Notes: a model not told the origin generated them from the letters alone. A stretch of DNA of 64,000 bases from a bacterium (GCA_963681965.1 OY820579.1:3392001-3456000), one strand, 5' to 3'; numbered from the stretch's first letter, positions 16,063 to 27,090 are shown. Numbers and translations are program-made.

Positions 16063-19000
16063 TTACGCTGATCCGATTGGTTTCTTAAACGTGTCTAGCG
16101 TATCTCGAACCTTTATTGCTAATGTTTGGATTGAAAAAGGCTTCTGGATAAAATTTACCCCTTTATCGAGAACTCCATGATAAGCTATCACATCTGCTGT
16201 GTATCCAGACATGAATAAATACTTCAGATTGTCGCGATGTGCGATTAATTTCTTTGCAAGATCTCTGCCATTTAAATTCGGCATGACTACATCGGTAATA
16301 AGCAAATGGATATCTTCTTCGAATTCCTCGGAAAGTTGAATCGCATCAAGCGGTTTCGATGCAATTAACACCCGATAGCCAAGTTGCTCAAGCATTAGCT
16401 TTGTCAGGTTCAAGATCGTTGGCTCATCTTCCACGAGCAGGATCGTTTCGTTACCGTTAGGCGGAGGAACAAGTGAATCGTTTTCTATCTTCGACGATTT
16501 GCTTACATATCTCGGTAAATAAATTTTAAAAGTTGTTCCCAATCCTGGTTCACTATATACATTGATAAATCCATTGTTCTGCTTGACAATACCATACACT
16601 GTTGCTAGACCAAGACCAGTACCTTTGCCAATATCTTTAGTTGTATAAAACGGTTCAAATAGTTTTTTTAATACTTCTTTGTTCATCCCACAGCCATTAT
16701 CGCTGACGGTCAGCAGGACAAATTCTCCACTGACTGCCTCCGGATGCTCGGAACAATAAAAATGATCGACGAGAATTGTATGTGTTTCGATCGATATTTT
16801 TCCGATATCATTGATTGCATCTCGAGCATTGACACAAAGATTCGCCAATATTTGATCGATCTGCGAAGGATCGATATTTACCTGCCATTCCGCTGCTCCC
16901 GGTAACCAAGTAAGATCGATATCTTCACCGATTAATCGTCGCAGCATCTTCAGCATCCCTTCCACAGTCTCATCCAAATTGAGAACTTTGGGATTGACCG
17001 TTTGCTTACGTGCGAACGCCAGCAGTTGATGCGTTAGATTTGCCGAACGTTCGGCTGCTTTCTGAATTTCATCTAAATTGGCAATAACACGATTAGGCTG
17101 ATCAATTTGGCTCAGAGCAATCTCCGAGTGTCCTAAAATTACCCCAAGCATATTATTAAAATCATGCGCAATTCCACCAGCCAATTGACCGATCGCTTCC
17201 ATCTTTTGTGCTTGTCGAAGCTGTTCTTCCAGACGTTTATGTTCAGTGATATCTTCTTTTACAGCAACAAAATGAGTGATCGTACCCGATCCGTCAAAAA
17301 TCGGTGATATCGAAGCAAACTCCCAATAGAGTTCGCCATTTTTTTTCTTGTTATGGAATTCTCCGCGCCACTCCATTCCAGAAGTAATCGTATCCCACAA
17401 CCGTTTGTAGGTTTCCGGCGATTGTTCACCCGATTTTAACAGTCGAACGTTTTTTCCGATGACTTCCGACTGTAAATATTCGGTTATCTCGGTAAATTTT
17501 GGATTGACATACTCGATATTTCCGATAGTATCCGTAATCACAATGGAAGCCGGACTTTGTTCGACTGCATGGGATAGTTTTCGCAGTGATTCCTCGGCAT
17601 GAATTCGCTCAGTAATGTTTTCGACGATTCCTTCCAGAAACGCCGGGTGCCCCACAGCATCGAATACCAGTTTTACATACAAATTGACAGTAAATTCAGT
17701 TCCATCATTTTTTCTGAATTGGGTTTGAAATTGGATATTATTCGTCGAATTCAGAAGCTGCGCGATTACTTGGCGACGATCTTCGGTATGGACATACACT
17801 TGCTTGCCGATATCCTGGATTTCGTGGATTACCGTGTCGGGCGAAACAAAACCTAACATCTGAGCCAACGACGTATTCACTTCGAGAAATCGACCTTCGA
17901 TTGTGGAGCGAAAAATCCCCAGTGGAGAGTTATTGAATATTGTTCGATACTTTTCTTCACTTTCGCGAAGTGCTTCTTCAGCGTGTTTTCGCTCAGTGAT
18001 ATCGCGACCGATCGCCATTGCACCGATTATTATATCATCGTTGTTGTACTCCGGAACGAATCGAATGTTAAATGTTTGGCTCTCACATGAAGAATTTCTA
18101 GTATTGAGTTCCAATTCGTCAGAAAGACCACTGTCAATCACTTTTTTGAGTTTTATAAAGTACTGATCAAGATCGTCGGACAAAGGATGTTGTTCCGAGA
18201 GATTTTCTGGTGGTAAAAACCCTTCAAATGATAGAATTGAACTCAAGTTACGATTGTTATAAACCTCTTGACACAGCGTATTGTACCGGACTATGATATC
18301 AGGCGAACTTTCCGCAAGCGATCGATACTTATGTTCACTTTCAATTAGTTTTTGTTCGGCTTGTTTGCGTCTAGTGATATCACGGGTTATTGTAATTATT
18401 CCTGACGGATGGAGTTGACTATCCCGCACGAACGATGCCGCGAGTTCAACCCATTTCGTCGATCCATCCTTACAATACTCCTCAAGTTCAAGTAATACTG
18501 TTCTCGATGGATCGACATTTCCGGATTGTTCCAATACCATTTGATCGGAATAGACTGATTGCACCTTTTGTAGCGAAGCAGGAGTCAAAATCCGATCCAA
18601 CGATTCCGATAATGCTTCTTGAACAGTAATACCACGTAATTTCTGAATCGACGGACTGACAAAAACCGGCTTCAGATTCATGTCAAATACCGATATCGTA
18701 TCGGCAGTGTTATCAGCAATCAGTCGGTAACGGTCTTCACTTTCGCGGATTGCTTGTTCCGCAAGATCTTTCTTCGCCCTTACTCGCAATGCAGTTATTC
18801 CAAAAGTCAAATCACCGGCTAGCTCTTTCAAAGTGTTTACTTCTTTTAAATTGAATGCATTGGGTACTGATGAATAAACGCTCAGAGTACCAATCGTCTC
18901 ATTTTCACCAATCAGTGGCATTACTACCATCGATTTACAACCTTGTTTACTCAATGTCTTTTGCCACGGCTCGGTAAACAATTGCGATTCGAAATTATGC

Positions 19001-20070
19001 TCGACAAATGGGTTTCCCGACGCAATGGAAATTTGCACTGGACCCTGATTGGGATCGAGATCGGCAAAATTCACTCGATTAGAAATCGAATTTTCATTAT
19101 TGAATTCGCTCTGCGCGACTATATGCATCGTATCGATGTCATCGTGCTCAATGTAATCGACTCGCGCATATAGGTAATCCCCGACTTCAACAACAATCCG
19201 GCATACTTCCGTCAATAGCGATTGTTCATCGCTAAAGTGAATTAAAGCTTGATTGGAGGCACTTAGCATATGTAGCGTACGATTTACTCTGAGTAATTCA
19301 TCTTCAATCAATTTCTGGTCTTCCAAAAGAGACAGTAACGCCCGTCTGGATTGCTCGGATTTGTCCAATAGCGATTGAATTTGTTCCTCGTTTCTTCGCA
19401 ACTCTGCGTTGGCGAGTTTTAGATGTTCAGTTCGATCAGCAACTGTTTTTTCCAGTGCGGTATTGGACAATTTTAATTTTTCATCTAGCGCCTTCCGGAT
19501 TTCCATTTCCTTTTCGAGATCGTCATACGCTTTTTTCAACTGGGTATGCCCATGGATCTCATGTTTCAAGACAAGTGCGACATAGTTGAAAAATGTCGGT
19601 AATTGTTGAGCTAACTCTTGCATCGATAAGTGCAGACTCTCGATTTTGAGCACACCGATTAAATCGGTTCCGACTATCAGCGGTACTATCCAGGTATATG
19701 CTTTGGAAAATTCTGGTGTGAGCATACGGGTATCACTGAAAGTATGTTCAAACTCAAGCGGTTCGTGAGTATCGAATACTTGTTTAACACGATCATCATC
19801 CAGAGTCTCGATTTGTTTTTTGATCCCTGCGATGTCGACATAATTTAAAATCTGATCGATGTGGTAGATGAGTACTAGATTTACTCCACCGATCACATCG
19901 CCGATCGCATGCAAGATGTTCTCAACGGTATTCTCTAATCCCGGTACGGAGCTGATCCGATTCATCAGTTGAATGATCAACTGAAGATTCGATTTTTCTG
20001 CAGCAAGCTTGTTGAGCCGATCTTCTAGATTTACAAGCTTTGACTGTGAATTATACTTATCGTTGATCAT
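16063..20070 (-). CDS. Cytoplasmic hybrid sensor histidine kinase/response regulator (2 GAF, 4 PAS, HisKA, HATPase, REC)
   Basis: H-box LAGGIAHDFNNML, N-box NLCVNARDA, DNGCGM, FEPFYTTK, GTGLGL; REC LLVEDE..LITDVVMP..FIQKPF; PAS ends DITERK. Confidence 0.95.
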   Translation of the reverse strand: MINDKYNSQSKLVNLEDRLNKLAAEKSNLQLIIQLMNRISSVPGLENTVENILHAIGDVIGGVNLVLIYHIDQILNYVDIAGIKKQIETLDDDRVKQVFDTHEPLEFEHTFSDTRMLTPEFSKAYTWIVPLIVGTDLIGVLKIESLHLSMQELAQQLPTFFNYVALVLKHEIHGHTQLKKAYDDLEKEMEIRKALDEKLKLSNTALEKTVADRTEHLKLANAELRRNEEQIQSLLDKSEQSRRALLSLLEDQKLIEDELLRVNRTLHMLSASNQALIHFSDEQSLLTEVCRIVVEVGDYLYARVDYIEHDDIDTMHIVAQSEFNNENSISNRVNFADLDPNQGPVQISIASGNPFVEHNFESQLFTEPWQKTLSKQGCKSMVVMPLIGENETIGTLSVYSSVPNAFNLKEVNTLKELAGDLTFGITALRVRAKKDLAEQAIRESEDRYRLIADNTADTISVFDMNLKPVFVSPSIQKLRGITVQEALSESLDRILTPASLQKVQSVYSDQMVLEQSGNVDPSRTVLLELEEYCKDGSTKWVELAASFVRDSQLHPSGIITITRDITRRKQAEQKLIESEHKYRSLAESSPDIIVRYNTLCQEVYNNRNLSSILSFEGFLPPENLSEQHPLSDDLDQYFIKLKKVIDSGLSDELELNTRNSSCESQTFNIRFVPEYNNDDIIIGAMAIGRDITERKHAEEALRESEEKYRTIFNNSPLGIFRSTIEGRFLEVNTSLAQMLGFVSPDTVIHEIQDIGKQVYVHTEDRRQVIAQLLNSTNNIQFQTQFRKNDGTEFTVNLYVKLVFDAVGHPAFLEGIVENITERIHAEESLRKLSHAVEQSPASIVITDTIGNIEYVNPKFTEITEYLQSEVIGKNVRLLKSGEQSPETYKRLWDTITSGMEWRGEFHNKKKNGELYWEFASISPIFDGSGTITHFVAVKEDITEHKRLEEQLRQAQKMEAIGQLAGGIAHDFNNMLGVILGHSEIALSQIDQPNRVIANLDEIQKAAERSANLTHQLLAFARKQTVNPKVLNLDETVEGMLKMLRRLIGEDIDLTWLPGAAEWQVNIDPSQIDQILANLCVNARDAINDIGKISIETHTILVDHFYCSEHPEAVSGEFVLLTVSDNGCGMNKEVLKKLFEPFYTTKDIGKGTGLGLATVYGIVKQNNGFINVYSEPGLGTTFKIYLPRYVSKSSKIENDSLVPPPNGNETILLVEDEPTILNLTKLMLEQLGYRVLIASKPLDAIQLSEEFEEDIHLLITDVVMPNLNGRDLAKKLIAHRDNLKYLFMSGYTADVIAYHGVLDKGVNFIQKPFSIQTLAIKVRDTLDTFKKPIGSA

Positions 20071-21113
20071 TTCTTCACAACTTTCTCGACACTACCAAAT
20101 TCGAACGCAGCTTCAAGCATTGTTCGAATATTCTTCTCGGGAATACAGTATGGCATGACTCCCGTTCCGAAGAGAAATTTGCCTCCGGGCAAACCAGCCT
20201 CAATGATCCTTTTTACTTCGCTTCGGATAATTTCCCGAGACCAGTCAATGAGTCGGATGTCATTGATGATACCACAAGTAAGCGCTCGCCCTGCAAGGAT
20301 CGTCTTACTTTCAATAATATCGTCGAAAGGTCCTAAATAATATGCTTTGATGCCCGTTCGATCGATGACCTGAGCAATTATCGGGTTGAGTTGTGATGTT
20401 CCGGCATAATACACTAATCCCGGTACGCCAGCACCTTGAACATCTTTCTCAATCCATGGCAGCGAAACCTCCTGGAAAAACCGAAATGGAACGGTATCAG
20501 TCGAACCGAACGGGTTGGAATAAACCAGTACATCGGCTCCAGCGTTGCGATAGGCAACAATCTCTTTCACAAAAAAATCATGACACTTGTTTAACAGCTC
20601 ATCACGTACGGTTACCGGTCCCCAAAAGAGCAATTCCATCCATTTGTCCATGCCCATTAATATTGCCGGTAACGACATCGAGGAAGTGATGTAGGCACAG
20701 ATCGGATACTTGCCGCCGACCTCTTTTTTAAGAATATGGAGGCATTTCAGACCTTCCGCGAATGCGGGATGAGATGTTAAATCGTCCGGTATCTGAAGAT
20801 GAAGGATATCGTCATATGAGTTGATTACCCATTCTTCGACATTCGGTGGTCCATCGTTAGAAAAAAGTATTTTTCGGCAGCCCAGCAATTCCGCTTCTTT
20901 ACCAACGTAAAAAAGACTCCAGACATTGTCGTAACCATATTTCTCGCGCATTGCAAGTTGAGCCGTAGCAACTAATTCGCCATCATTGTAATATTCCTTC
21001 AGCGCTATTCCCAACTCTTTCGCACCTTGATCCAGCAAATTGCAGAATACTGGAATTCGATCGATAATTGAACCATCGATTGCGGCTGTGAGACGTTCCA
21101 TTCCGGTTGTCAT
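20067..21113 (-). CDS. Uroporphyrinogen decarboxylase / MtaA-CmuA methyltransferase-family TIM-barrel protein (Zn-ligand motif apparently missing)
   Basis: N-terminal MTTGMERLTAAIDG..DRIPVF, AQLAMREKYGYD, GADVL and C-terminal FLFGTG.MP...PEKNIRTM resemble the URO-D/MtaA family; adjacent to a corrinoid protein. Confidence 0.85.
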   Translation of the reverse strand: MTTGMERLTAAIDGSIIDRIPVFCNLLDQGAKELGIALKEYYNDGELVATAQLAMREKYGYDNVWSLFYVGKEAELLGCRKILFSNDGPPNVEEWVINSYDDILHLQIPDDLTSHPAFAEGLKCLHILKKEVGGKYPICAYITSSMSLPAILMGMDKWMELLFWGPVTVRDELLNKCHDFFVKEIVAYRNAGADVLVYSNPFGSTDTVPFRFFQEVSLPWIEKDVQGAGVPGLVYYAGTSQLNPIIAQVIDRTGIKAYYLGPFDDIIESKTILAGRALTCGIINDIRLIDWSREIIRSEVKRIIEAGLPGGKFLFGTGVMPYCIPEKNIRTMLEAAFEFGSVEKVVKK

Positions 21114-21781
21114 GACTGCACCTCATGAATGAGTTTGGTGATTACCTTTCCGGCACTTATTCCGTCCGCAGCCCACGCATCGGCTTTTACCTGTAGAAAG
21201 AGATTTGGATCGAAGCGGAAAGCCGCTCCTCCCACGATAATTTTTATTCGATGTTCGAGATCCATTTCTTTGAGAATTTGTCGAACCTTCAAACAACCAT
21301 TTTCACCGCGAGCAGTGTGTACCATCATTGCCGAAATACCGATAACTTGAGCATCGTGAGTTAACGCTTCTGAAACGAAACGCTCAGCCGGCACGTTGAC
21401 ACCCAAATCGAAGCACTCGATCATTTGTGCCCGAAGGCAACCCATTACAATTTTCTTACCAAGTGTATGAAGGTCGCCTTGCGCATTACCGATTACAATT
21501 CGACCTATGGTTTCAAACGGTTTTTGAAATAATGGTATCAATTCATTCGAAATTTCAGATACGATTTGTGAAATCATGAAGTACTGTGCAAGGCTCATAT
21601 CGATAGTCTTATTAGCAATTGTTACTTTTAACTCTAATGCGGGTATGATTGCTTCGAAAACGATCACCTCAGGCAAGATTCCTTCTTCCAAAGCTTCACG
21701 AACGACCCGGATAGCTTGGTTTCGATTCGTGTCGATTAAAGCTTCGTTGAATGAATCAATGAGTTTCTGTAGCCGATTCAT
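21110..21781 (-). CDS. Cobalamin (B12)-binding corrinoid protein, MtaC/MtbC-like
   Basis: Helical cap followed by GDLHTLGKKIV (DxHxxG), DLGVNVP, GISAMM and IVGGAAF motifs. Confidence 0.92.
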   Translation of the reverse strand: MNRLQKLIDSFNEALIDTNRNQAIRVVREALEEGILPEVIVFEAIIPALELKVTIANKTIDMSLAQYFMISQIVSEISNELIPLFQKPFETIGRIVIGNAQGDLHTLGKKIVMGCLRAQMIECFDLGVNVPAERFVSEALTHDAQVIGISAMMVHTARGENGCLKVRQILKEMDLEHRIKIIVGGAAFRFDPNLFLQVKADAWAADGISAGKVITKLIHEVQS

Positions 21782-22830
21782 TATTGACTCTGATATTTAG
21801 GGGGTTCTTTTATTCGAAGTAACAATTCATTTACTTCCTGTTTTAAATCTAGAATACGCTCTTCTCGATTCAGCGTAACATCGGACCACCGTTGCAATTC
21901 ATCGAAGCGTTTCTGGAGTTCGATCTCGGAACGTCTGCGATCGGTGATGTCTCGAACTACCGCCAGCACTTCCTCGGTCGACAATGCGATGATGCGTGCC
22001 TCGTAATAACATCGTTGACCTTTCATAATCAGATCGTACTCAAAAGTCACGACTTCGTTTACATTATGCGCTCTATCGATAGCTTCCGACGCTAATCTTG
22101 ATACTTCCGGTGGCAATATGTCGTAGTAGGTTTTATATAAAAATTTGTTTGGAGGAACATATAGTTCCATATTTTCAGGTTTTCGGTAATCGGTGATAAC
22201 GCCGTCTTTCGCGATGCGAAACAAAAGATCCGGAACAGCATTAATGATCGCGCGGTTTTCAACTTCGCTTTTACATAGATTCTGGAATATCAGCAAACTG
22301 GTTAACGAATCGCATAGACGATGACCAATCTCATCGAATAATCTTTCTTCCTCCGGTGACCAAATCCGCGCGTAAGCGCACTGATGAATTCCAAAAACCC
22401 ATGGTTTTCCAACCTTTGGATAAAGCGTCGAAGCTATTTGCGATTGAACTGCAAATCCATCGGCGATCGAAGCAGGAATTTGACTCTCTAACTTCTGACT
22501 GAATTTCACCGGTGTACTTGAAGACAGCAGCGATCGGAATACTTGTACCGTTTCCAGATCGGTCGGAATCTCGATACCGATTGCAAATGCCCCAGGATAT
22601 TCCGGACGGGTGCGTTCCATCGGTACACTCCAAGTCACGGTATCAGGGTCACACGGATAAACCAGCCAGGCGCGGTCGCAGCTGAAAATCGACAATACTT
22701 CATCGAGCACATTGTGCATCATCTGTTCAAGATCGTTCACACCCTGTATCGCTCGATTGATTCGATCCATGCTCTCGTAGAAACACAATTCACTGATCTG
22801 TACATCCTGGGATAGCATTTTTTCCCCCAT
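21781..22830 (-). CDS. GAF-PAS protein with C-terminal coiled coil and no output domain
   Basis: GAF (CDRAWLVYP..WVFGIHQCAYARIWSPEE), PAS (AVPDLLFRI..VRDITDRR), tail ELQRWSDVTLNREERILDLKQEVNELL. Confidence 0.85.
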   Translation of the reverse strand: MGEKMLSQDVQISELCFYESMDRINRAIQGVNDLEQMMHNVLDEVLSIFSCDRAWLVYPCDPDTVTWSVPMERTRPEYPGAFAIGIEIPTDLETVQVFRSLLSSSTPVKFSQKLESQIPASIADGFAVQSQIASTLYPKVGKPWVFGIHQCAYARIWSPEEERLFDEIGHRLCDSLTSLLIFQNLCKSEVENRAIINAVPDLLFRIAKDGVITDYRKPENMELYVPPNKFLYKTYYDILPPEVSRLASEAIDRAHNVNEVVTFEYDLIMKGQRCYYEARIIALSTEEVLAVVRDITDRRRSEIELQKRFDELQRWSDVTLNREERILDLKQEVNELLLRIKEPPKYQSQ

Positions 22831-22989
22831 AACTCACTACATTCGACATAATACAGTTAAGATCAATAAGTGTCGTTGACTTCGAGATCGCACCTCTTAC
22901 TGGATATTCCATTTAATCGTTTGAACCGAATGGGGAGTGTCCCCCAAAAAACGATCTCCCCACCCGGTTCCTGTATTGCGACTGATTCA

Positions 22990-23469
22990 TCATACAGCAA
23001 TACTGCTGGTACTGGTAATGATGTCGATATCTTCCTTGTTTGATAAAACACGATCGATGTCCAGTAGGAGAATAACGTGCTCCTTCATTTTTCCGATTCC
23101 AGTAAGAAATGAACTGTCGAATCCATTTCCCCAATTGAGCGGCGGTTCGATATTGTTGGGATCGATATTCAATACTTCGGTAACGCTATCAACCATCATC
23201 CCAATTTGAATTTCCTTGAAATCGACAACTACGATACAGGTTTCTTCCGTTGCGTTTACAACCGGTAATCCAAATTTCGCTCGCAAATCCACAACAGGAA
23301 TCACTTTGCCGCGTAGATTCACAATACCCAATATGTACTGTGGTGTTTGAGGCACCTTAGTAATAGTCATTAGTTTGATTATTTCCCGCACTTTCAAGAT
23401 TTCAATGCCGAATAATTCAGCGGCAATTTGAAATGTGAGAAATTTGCCAATTGGCGGTGGATTGATCAT
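22990..23469 (-). CDS. cheW: Chemotaxis coupling protein CheW
   Basis: FGIEILKVREII..ITKVPQTPQYILGIVNLRGKVIPVVDLR..GMMVDSVTEV; SD GAGGAG upstream. Confidence 0.95.
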   Translation of the reverse strand: MINPPPIGKFLTFQIAAELFGIEILKVREIIKLMTITKVPQTPQYILGIVNLRGKVIPVVDLRAKFGLPVVNATEETCIVVVDFKEIQIGMMVDSVTEVLNIDPNNIEPPLNWGNGFDSSFLTGIGKMKEHVILLLDIDRVLSNKEDIDIITSTSSIAV

Positions 23470-23521
23470 GACATACTCCTCGATATTACAAACAAGCTTC
23501 TACTTGTTGTATTGGTATTTA

Positions 23522-26518
23522 TTAAAAATCTCGTAAATCGGCTTCTTCGAGTTGAACGATCTCATTTGGACGAACCAGACGCGAAGTATTTCGATTTGGA
23601 GTTTGCCCTAATAAATTGCGACGATCTCGCGACGATGGTTGAACCGACAGCGATTGTTTCCGTGCCATATTGATCGTTCCATTGTGTCCGTTGTGTCCAT
23701 TGTGATCAAATCGACCTTGTCTGGAAAGATGAAAGGATTCAATAAGACTTCTTTCTTCGTCGGCTTGACTTGACATCGTTTCGGCAGCACTAGCCGATTC
23801 TTCGCTATTCGCGGCATTTTCCTGTGTCACGGCATTCAACTGTGAAACAGCCGTTGCGACTTGATTAATCCCTTGCGATTGCTCCTTCGAAGCCACAGCA
23901 ATACTTTCGGCGATTCCGTTTACATGGGTGATATCTTTCAGAATTTCGACAAAATGCTTTGCAACAGTGCTGGTAATCTGCACTCCTCCTTCGGCATTCT
24001 TGCGGGATTCTTCGATTAACTCCGAAGTATTCTTTGCTGCAGCAGCACTTCGTTGAGCAAGATTGCGAACTTCTTCCGCAACAACTGCAAATCCCTTCCC
24101 GGCTTCTCCGGCACGTGCAGCTTCCACTGCGGCATTGAGAGCCAGCAGATTTGTTTGGAACGCGATTTCGTCGATGGTTTTAATAATCTTGGCTGTTTGA
24201 TCGGCTGACTGTTTGATCTTTCCGATTTCCTTCGTCATCTGGTCGACTGCTTGATTGCCTACTTGCGCATTGTGAAGAGTGTTATCCAATAACGACTTGG
24301 CATCTTGCGAGCTGCTGGCATTTTGCTTGGTCATTGCCGACATTTCCTCAAGCGTTGCCGAGATTTCTTCCAACGACGATGCCTGTTCCGATGCACCTTG
24401 TGCCATCATTTGACTACCCCTGCTAACTTGCTCGGCACCGGTCATTACCTGTTCCACTGCTACTTGAACCTGTTGTAATCCATCATCAAGATTTCCAACT
24501 GCGGTGTTAAGGGCTTCCTTGATACGCGCGTAGTCACCCCGGTATTCACCATTCATACGAGCTGCCAGATCCTTTTCGGCGATTCGTTCCAATACTCTCG
24601 TGGCTTCATTGATCGGGTTGGTGATTGCATCCAAGACCGCATTGATGCCCTGCACCATATCCTTGAAGCTGTAAGAGAATTTCATTGCATCGCCACGAGC
24701 TGCCAACTCTCCAGCTTGTGCTTTCGCGACCAAAGTGATGATTTCATCGTTTAGCGAAAGCATATTGGCTTTTACGTGATCGATAGCTTCGGTAATTCTT
24801 GCTTTTTGTCCCGGTAACCGATCCATATCGATCGAAAAATCACCTTGCGCATATTTACCTACAACTTCCACAACACGCATCTTAACAGAAATATGGGATT
24901 GAACAAGTTTATTGATGCGCAATGCCATTTCGGCATAGGAGCCTTCGAATTTCGATACCGGCATTTCGAAATCGAGTGCTCCCTTATCGTGTTGTTGTGA
25001 CATTTCAGCCTGCGCCAGCAATAAATTGTTCAAGGTGTCGATGCATTGATTCAGATTGTTCTTAATTGTATTGAAATCACCATAGTAAGTATCGGTGATC
25101 TTCGGTGGAATACTGCCGTGAGAAATCTTGTCGACGTAATCGGCTGCGACATTCAACGGATTGATCACAGCATCCAGTGTATCGTTCACGCCCTGAACGA
25201 TCTTGCGGAAGTCGCCTTGATGCTTCGAAGCGTCGGCACGCGTTGCCAATCGACCGGCTACGGCTGCTTGAGCCAACATATTGGCATCTTCAACCATCAG
25301 ATTTACCGCGATAATCGCTTGGTTCAGGTTATTCTTTATAACATTGAAGTCACCGTTGTAATTGTCACTGATTTTCATTGGAATATTGCCTTTCGAAATT
25401 CTGTCGACATAATCGGCGGCGATATTCAATGGACCGATTACGGCATCTAATGTATCGTTGACACCTTGAACGATTGCTTTGTAACCACCTTGGAATCGTT
25501 GCGTATCGCCACGTGTACTTAATCGACCTTCGACAGCAGCTAAGGTGAGTAACTCGGCTTCTGCTACCAATCCCTGTAAATTAATGACGGTTTCATTCAG
25601 AGCCGGAGCGATTTCATCTTGTTGATCGGCAGGTGGAATATTTACTTTCAAGTCACCATGACTGATTTTCTTCAATCCATCGACTAGATTGACGAGTCGA
25701 TCGGTAAACGAATCCATGGCTCGTGCTAAAATCCCGATCTCATCACCTTGTGTCATATTCAATCGTGCTTGAAGATGACCTTTCTCCATTTCTTGCATCA
25801 TTTCCAAACCCTTTTTGAGAGGTCGAGTGATGCTTATCGTTAGAATTGACCCTAAGACCAGCGCGAGAATGGCATCGAAAATAATCAACATCCACGTGTT
25901 TCGAGACCCACGCTCTGCAATAACATCGGCATTGGCACAGAATTCATCGATCTGTTTCTCGTTCAACGAACAAATTGCATCCAAATGCGCTGTTACACTG
26001 TTGCGCAGTGGTCGAATATCTTCGCCCATCTTCCAAATCTGTTTATCGACTTCTTCAATCCGAGACGCATTCTTTTTAGGATCGCTGTTGATTAACTCGT
26101 CGCGATTGTGATTAATCGCGATAAACTTGTCATCAAGTAATCGCCATACTTTCACTACCGGTAACATCTGTTCCCACTCCTGCTTCTCTTCGGGAGAATG
26201 TGAATATTTTTCGTAATTGGTTTTCGAATCTTCGAATTTCTTCCAGCAGGTTTCCATTTTACCATACTGCGAGAATCGCTCCTCGCCAACCATTCGCCTA
26301 AGCATCAACGCTCGTTCTTTTGTGTTCAGATCGTACAGTGCCGATTGCATTTTAAGCGCCGACATTGAACTTGGAGTTAGTTCGGATCCGACTTTATCAA
26401 GTGCCGACATCGTCGAATTTTGAACCGACCCTGCGTAAAAACCTACAACAATCGTAATGACAACGATGGCGACAAAACCGGCTATCAGTTTCGTTCCAAT
26501 TTTCACAATGCCTAGCAT
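23522..26518 (-). CDS. Methyl-accepting chemotaxis protein (four-helix-bundle sensor, poly-HAMP, MCP signalling domain)
   Basis: Two TM segments, repeated HAMP-like units, hairpin [40 protein letters not shown]; SD AAGGAG. Confidence 0.95.
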   Translation of the reverse strand: MLGIVKIGTKLIAGFVAIVVITIVVGFYAGSVQNSTMSALDKVGSELTPSSMSALKMQSALYDLNTKERALMLRRMVGEERFSQYGKMETCWKKFEDSKTNYEKYSHSPEEKQEWEQMLPVVKVWRLLDDKFIAINHNRDELINSDPKKNASRIEEVDKQIWKMGEDIRPLRNSVTAHLDAICSLNEKQIDEFCANADVIAERGSRNTWMLIIFDAILALVLGSILTISITRPLKKGLEMMQEMEKGHLQARLNMTQGDEIGILARAMDSFTDRLVNLVDGLKKISHGDLKVNIPPADQQDEIAPALNETVINLQGLVAEAELLTLAAVEGRLSTRGDTQRFQGGYKAIVQGVNDTLDAVIGPLNIAADYVDRISKGNIPMKISDNYNGDFNVIKNNLNQAIIAVNLMVEDANMLAQAAVAGRLATRADASKHQGDFRKIVQGVNDTLDAVINPLNVAADYVDKISHGSIPPKITDTYYGDFNTIKNNLNQCIDTLNNLLLAQAEMSQQHDKGALDFEMPVSKFEGSYAEMALRINKLVQSHISVKMRVVEVVGKYAQGDFSIDMDRLPGQKARITEAIDHVKANMLSLNDEIITLVAKAQAGELAARGDAMKFSYSFKDMVQGINAVLDAITNPINEATRVLERIAEKDLAARMNGEYRGDYARIKEALNTAVGNLDDGLQQVQVAVEQVMTGAEQVSRGSQMMAQGASEQASSLEEISATLEEMSAMTKQNASSSQDAKSLLDNTLHNAQVGNQAVDQMTKEIGKIKQSADQTAKIIKTIDEIAFQTNLLALNAAVEAARAGEAGKGFAVVAEEVRNLAQRSAAAAKNTSELIEESRKNAEGGVQITSTVAKHFVEILKDITHVNGIAESIAVASKEQSQGINQVATAVSQLNAVTQENAANSEESASAAETMSSQADEERSLIESFHLSRQGRFDHNGHNGHNGTINMARKQSLSVQPSSRDRRNLLGQTPNRNTSRLVRPNEIVQLEEADLRDF

Positions 26519-26588
26519 GACATCTCCTTACGAATTTAATTTTGACTGAATATTCTTCGACGATCTCTGCTGAAAAGCTATCTAATCA

Positions 26589-27032
26589 TTATTCCAAGGG
26601 TGGATCTTTTCTAGTTTCACGTTCTAATCGGATGTTTGTGACAATTTCTTTCAAACGAAAACAGTCGGTTTTCACCAACCAATGATTCACATTACCGATA
26701 AACGATGGCAATTGCGAAGCATCAAAATCAAAATCTGACAGTACGATCACGATCGGTGAATTTCGAACACTTTTGATCTGCAGCAACAGCGATGAAGCAT
26801 GCAATTCGATCAAGTCCAGATCGAGAATAACAACATCGGGATGCACTGTCTGAATTAAGTCCATCACTTTTGTCGCTTCCTGCACACAACCGAAAACACT
26901 CAATCCATCGATGTCCGACAGAAGTGCCGTGATGCTCTCATTTACTGCTACTCCGCCATCCGCAACCAGGACTCGAAGTAAAATAAACGGACGATGAACG
27001 TGCTCGTTGGGTACCATGATAGAAGAAAACAA
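26589..27032 (-). CDS. Stand-alone response regulator receiver protein (start may be the ATG at 27017)
   Basis: RVLVAD..PDVVILDL..IVIVLS..LVK receiver pattern; the acidic pair is DG rather than DD. Confidence 0.75.
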   Translation of the reverse strand: MFSSIMVPNEHVHRPFILLRVLVADGGVAVNESITALLSDIDGLSVFGCVQEATKVMDLIQTVHPDVVILDLDLIELHASSLLLQIKSVRNSPIVIVLSDFDFDASQLPSFIGNVNHWLVKTDCFRLKEIVTNIRLERETRKDPPLE

Positions 27033-27072
27033 TATTGAAAGGTTCTCGCAATTGGGTGATTGCTGAATATTT

Positions 27073-27090
27073 TGTAGGTGTAAGCCTACA
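27073..27090. promoter_or_regulatory. Palindrome TGTAGG-N6-CCTACA, candidate NarL/UvrY-GacA-type regulator binding site
   Basis: Perfect 6-6-6 inverted repeat upstream of the REC-MCP-cheW genes; resembles the GacA box TGTAAG-N6-CTTACA. Confidence 0.5.
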
